Assembly (NCBI GenBank): GCA_963718665.1
Contig: OY970359.1
Span: 384,001-448,000, forward strand
Origin: an uncultured Phycisphaerales bacterium
Lineage (GTDB): Bacteria; Planctomycetota; Phycisphaerae; Sedimentisphaerales; Anaerobacaceae
Direction of reading: 5' to 3'
Length of the DNA: 64,000 nucleotides
Position numbers and translations under genes: made by a program. The notes beneath the pieces were generated by a model. The model saw only the letters and a program-made list of their open reading frames with translations. It was not told where the DNA came from and did no database searches. Of this stretch, positions 60,210 through 64,000 are shown in pieces. How positions within the stretch are numbered: the stretch's first letter is position 1; each line of letters begins with the position of its first letter.

Positions 60210-60722
60210 TTAAGTGTCTGCCTCTTCGGTCGAACCACTAACCGTCTTTTCCTGTCTCGGCATCGCTATCGTCCCCGTCCGCGCGACGTTCTTTATCCCG
60301 TATGGCCGGCACATCTCGATAAACGCCTCGATTTTCTCCTCAGGCCCGCTTATCTCCACCATTATCGTCTTCTGTCCAATATCAACAACGTTGCCCTTGA
60401 AGGTCTCTATCAACGCCAGTATCTCAGGCCTCTTTTCCGCAGGCGCAGCGAAAGTTATCAGCATCAAATCTCTCGCGACCACCGTCTGGCCCGCAAAATC
60501 CTGGACCTTCACAACGGGTATTATCTTGGCAAGCTGTTTACGGACCTGCTCAAGCACCCTGTCATCGCCAATCACGACAATCGTCATCCGGCTAAGTTGC
60601 GGGTCCTCCGTCCGCCCGACGACTAACGAATCGATATTGAACGCCCTCGCCGCGAACATCCCCGAAACATGTGCCAAAACTCCCGGCTTATTCTCAACCA
60701 ACGCGCTTATTATATGTTTCAT
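60210..60722 (-). CDS. ilvN: Acetolactate synthase small (regulatory) subunit
   Basis: LVENKPGVL, FNIDSLVVG, ARTG. Confidence 0.96.
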   Translation of the reverse strand: MKHIISALVENKPGVLAHVSGMFAARAFNIDSLVVGRTEDPQLSRMTIVVIGDDRVLEQVRKQLAKIIPVVKVQDFAGQTVVARDLMLITFAAPAEKRPEILALIETFKGNVVDIGQKTIMVEISGPEEKIEAFIEMCRPYGIKNVARTGTIAMPRQEKTVSGSTEEADT

Positions 60723-60801
60723 AGGTCTTACCTTCCTGTCCCGGCATGCCTTTGGCCGGGATCCAGTTTTTACTTTTTACATTTTGATTTTTGATTTTCT
60801 T

Positions 60802-62535
60802 CTATGCCATACTTTCCAACATGTCTAATCCGTCCATCTCGTGCAGGGACTTACCCGACGGAACCATAGGCCAGACGTTTTCTTCCGGCTCAACCCTGAA
60901 ATCCACAACGCAGGGCATCTTCTCGCCTAACATCTTCTTTATCGCCTTCGGCACATCCGCCTTTTTCTCAACCGTTATCCCGACCGCGCCCAGCGCCTCA
61001 GCCACTTTCGAGTAATCCGGGTTCGCAAGATAACTCTTCGAATAACGCTTGTTATAGAATAGCTCCTGCCACTGCCTCACCATTCCCATATACCCGTTAT
61101 TCAAAATGCAGACCTTTATCGGCAGCTCATATTGGACCGCCGTCCTCAGCTCCGTCAGCGTCATATTGAAGCTGTGGTCCCCGTCAATATCGACAACGGT
61201 CGCCTCCGGCATCGCTATCTGCGCCCCTATCGCCGCGGGCAACCCATAGCCCATAGTTCCCAGACCGCCTGAAGTAATAAACTGTCTCGGCCTCTTGAAC
61301 CGGTAGAACTGCGCCGTCCACATTTGGTTTTGTCCGACGCCTGTCGTAACTATCGCGTCGCCGCCCGTCAATTCGCAAATCTGCTCAATCACATATTGCG
61401 GCTTTATATTCGTCGCCTTCCTGTCGTATCCCAGCGGATATTTCTTTTTCCACTGCGCAATCTTGGTGAACCAATCCTTGCGCTCGCGGTGCTCAACCAT
61501 CTTAGTCATCTCACCCAATATATATTTCGCGTCGCCCACAACCGGAATGTCCGCCCGAACGTTCTTCGCTATGCTCGCCGGGTCAATATCTATATGTATC
61601 ACCTTCGCGTGCGGCGCAAACGCCTTGACCTTGCCCGTCACCCTGTCATCGAACCGCGCGCCCACCGCTATCAGCAAATCGCACTCCTGCACCGCGTAAT
61701 TCGCAAATGCGGTTCCATGCATTCCGAGCATATCAAGCGATTCAGCGTTGTTCTGGTCATAACTTCCCAGCCCCAATAGCGTCATCGTAACCGGCAGATG
61801 CGCCTTATTCGCAAGGGCGCGCAGCTCCTCGCCCGCGTTGGCGCTGATAATCCCGCCGCCGACGTAAAGCACCGGCTTCTCCGATTTGTTTATCGCCTCG
61901 GCTGCCATTTCTATCTGCCGATGATGCCCCTTTATCTTCGGCTTATACCCCGGCAGTCGCATCTCGACGGCGGCGTCATATTCCGTCTTGGCGACCTGAA
62001 CATCGACCGGCAAATCAACCACCACCGGCCCAGGCCTGCCCGTCGAGGCGATAAAGAACGCCTCCTTAATCACCCGCGCCAGGTCCCTTACATCCTTGAC
62101 TATGCAATTATATTTTGTAACAGGCCGCGTGATACCCGTCGTATCCGCCTCCTGAAAAGCGTCATTGCCGATTAGCTCCGTCCGAACCTGCCCCGTTATG
62201 GCGACAAGCGGAATCGAATCCATCATCGCCGTGCCAAGCCCCGTAACAAGATTGCACGCCCCCGGCCCGCTCGTCGCGACTATCACGCCGACCTTACCGC
62301 TCGCCCGCGCATATCCGTCCGCCATATGTGCCCCGCCCTGCTCATGTCGCGGAATTATAAATCGAATCGGCGCATCATACAGCTTATCAAACAGGGGCAA
62401 TACCACTCCACCAGGGTAGCCGAACATTGTTTCAACGCCCGCGTCAATTAGTGCCTGGACGGCTATCTCAGCGCCTGACCTTTGAATTGAGGATTTTCCA
62501 GCCGAATCGGCTGACTGTGAAGAATCGGACTTCAT
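60802..62535 (-). CDS. ilvB: Acetolactate synthase large subunit, biosynthetic
   Basis: FGYPGG, RHEQGGAHMADGYAR, GNDAFQEAD, GGLGTMG, GMVRQWQ; AAAGGAG RBS before 62535. Confidence 0.97.
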   Translation of the reverse strand: MKSDSSQSADSAGKSSIQRSGAEIAVQALIDAGVETMFGYPGGVVLPLFDKLYDAPIRFIIPRHEQGGAHMADGYARASGKVGVIVATSGPGACNLVTGLGTAMMDSIPLVAITGQVRTELIGNDAFQEADTTGITRPVTKYNCIVKDVRDLARVIKEAFFIASTGRPGPVVVDLPVDVQVAKTEYDAAVEMRLPGYKPKIKGHHRQIEMAAEAINKSEKPVLYVGGGIISANAGEELRALANKAHLPVTMTLLGLGSYDQNNAESLDMLGMHGTAFANYAVQECDLLIAVGARFDDRVTGKVKAFAPHAKVIHIDIDPASIAKNVRADIPVVGDAKYILGEMTKMVEHRERKDWFTKIAQWKKKYPLGYDRKATNIKPQYVIEQICELTGGDAIVTTGVGQNQMWTAQFYRFKRPRQFITSGGLGTMGYGLPAAIGAQIAMPEATVVDIDGDHSFNMTLTELRTAVQYELPIKVCILNNGYMGMVRQWQELFYNKRYSKSYLANPDYSKVAEALGAVGITVEKKADVPKAIKKMLGEKMPCVVDFRVEPEENVWPMVPSGKSLHEMDGLDMLESMA

Positions 62536-62633
62536 TACATACTCCTTTCGCAGCATATCCCGGAAATTACAGCTTTTCGGGCCTCTTTTGTCAGGCCTGT
62601 CGTTACCACCACAGCAACGACCTGCCCATACAA
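62535..62633 (-). CDS. Putative Val-rich leader peptide of ilvB (MYGQVVAVVVTTGLTKEARKAVISGICCERSM)
   Basis: TTG start; 5 Val in 6 consecutive codons; stop overlaps the ilvB ATG (TAATG); hairpin over the Val codons. Confidence 0.5.
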   Translation of the reverse strand: MYGQVVAVVVTTGLTKEARKAVISGICCERSM

Positions 62634-62670
62634 AGTTTATAGCCCTGCTATAATCCCGTAATTCTGCTCA

Positions 62671-62699
62671 ATTATAGTATTTACGCACTACCCTGTCAA
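62671..62699 (-). promoter_or_regulatory. Consensus sigma70 promoter of the ilvB operon
   Basis: TTGACA-N17-TATAAT, exact match. Confidence 0.85.
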
Positions 62700-62838
62700 T
62701 TGTTTTCGGCAATTTTTCGCACCACTATCACAAATTATCCACCCTGCCGCCTTCGAAATTCGTATAAAATTATGTGTGCAGAACAATAAATAGAGCTATA
62801 ATAACACCCCTCCTTTAATAAAAATTTGGAGACCAACT

Positions 62839-63107
62839 ATGTGCGAACAATGCGGTTGCAACCACGATAAAACACAGGATGCCTTCGAGACGAAGGTCAA
62901 AGCGATAATCGAAGCCATCAGGCCGAATTTGCAAAGCCACGGCGGTGACGTCGAACTCGTCGCCACCGAAAAGGGCTCTACAGTCAAGGTCCGCCTTCAG
63001 GGCGAATGTTCCGGCTGCCCGGCGCAAGAATGACCCTCAAAATGGGAATCGAACGACTCCTCAAAGAAAAAGTCCCACAGGTCAAAGAAGTCATAGCGGT
63101 TGACTAA
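62839..63107 (+). CDS. NifU C-terminal/Nfu-type Fe-S scaffold domain protein, frameshifted near 63020
   Basis: IRPNLQSHGGDVEL, LQGECSGCP, then GARMTLKMGIERLLKEKVP in the next frame. Confidence 0.88.
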
Positions 63108-64000
63108 AAATTTTAGACACGAATACGAAGAAGCATTCTCCCGGTTTGCGGACGCCCCGGCTGCGAGGGCCTTCGGGCTTGGCAGGCATGCGTTGTTCAT
63201 ATTGCTCAAAGCCCTCGATGTAAACCCCGGTGACAAAGTAGGCGTCTGTGCTTTTACGTGCCTGGCTGTTGTAGAAGCTATTAAAGTTTGCGAAGCAATC
63301 CCCGTATATCTCGACATTGATGAATACCTCTGTATTGACCCGCATGAAATTCTTATACAGGATACCGGTTCTCTCAAAGTTGTGATTTTACAGCACACCT
63401 TCGGCAACCCGGGGCGATTCGAGCAGCTTCTGGCGGCCTGCAACAAAATCGGCGCAAAAGTTATCGAAGATTGTGCCCACTCGCTTGCGTGCACGTGGAA
63501 CAATCAAAAATTAGGCAAATGGGGCGAAGGAGCCGTAGGCCAGGGAGGGATGTTGACCGTCAATTCAAGCGGCTTACTCGAAAAGGTTGACCGTCAAATC
63601 AAGCGGTTCGCTGCGCCCGCATCCAAAAAATCAGAATTTATTATTGTCTCCCTTCGGCGAGCATATCACCCGTTCAGTCAGTCGCGTCTCGATTGTTACC
63701 TCGGATATAACTACTCCCGGCTGCGTAGTATGTTACATTTCAGGGGGAAATCTTTTCTGAAAAACAGCTTTCCTGAATGCGCGGATACCCCCGATTGGCC
63801 GGAGAAATAAAGGCAAAGGCGGGATTGAAACAAATCGAAAGCTGGCCTAAATTGCGGCAGATACGACTTCAAAATACCGCGATGATAGAGGAATCCTTCA
63901 GCAACGCTGGCCTGTCCCTTTGGCCCGTAGAACCTCAGGCAAACATCACAATGATGAGATACCCATTACGGGTATATAAGAAGTGGGAAATAGTCCATCG
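63100..64000 (+). pseudogene. DegT/DnrJ/EryC1/StrS aminotransferase-like gene, frameshifted near 63775, runs off the window
   Basis: GRHALF, FTCLAV, QHTFG, IEDCAH; PLP-Lys segment missing; continuation RGYPRLAG...MRYPL in another frame. Confidence 0.65.

Noticed and set aside
63020..63035. Selenocysteine readthrough of TGA in nifU
   Set aside because: The conserved continuation is in another frame, so a 1-nt deletion explains it; the CxxC is already intact.

Overview
A gene-dense chromosomal window, probably from a Planctomycetota (Phycisphaerae/Sedimentisphaerales-like) bacterium. That assignment is inferred from the very long SecA, the dockerin-type tail and the style of the PEP-CTERM motifs; no database search was run and family names are from motif recognition. 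The backbone is housekeeping: groEL, class II RNR, secA, rnr, rpsT, glyA, ribH-nusB-parA, pilT, thyA, ribE-pdxA-rsmA, rluD, recG, pcm, nadB, ilvB-ilvN, ilvC, tRNA-Thr(UGU) and RNase P RNA. A block of large secreted/membrane proteins lies at 23.5-32.6 kb. Five apparent single-base frameshifts (TPR gene, parA, rpmH, nifU, degT) suggest assembly indel errors. The most interesting signals are: (1) a four-helix-bundle gene enclosed by inverted 7-nt-period repeat arrays and translationally coupled to secA, within a 2.9-kb accessory island bounded by a 24-bp inverted repeat, plus many gene-less heptamer arrays elsewhere; (2) a 24-nt mini-element inserted in frame in genes and nested within itself; (3) a RAYT transposase with TA[GC]C-footed REPs; (4) an unannotated ~220-nt multi-hairpin RNA candidate; (5) apparent enrichment of D/E-x-N and D-P-C motifs in exported proteins, hinting at an unusual protein-modification signal; (6) ORFs missing from the supplied track: rpmH, a Val-rich ilvB leader peptide, PEP-CTERM-only mini-ORFs and a 29-aa membrane peptide.
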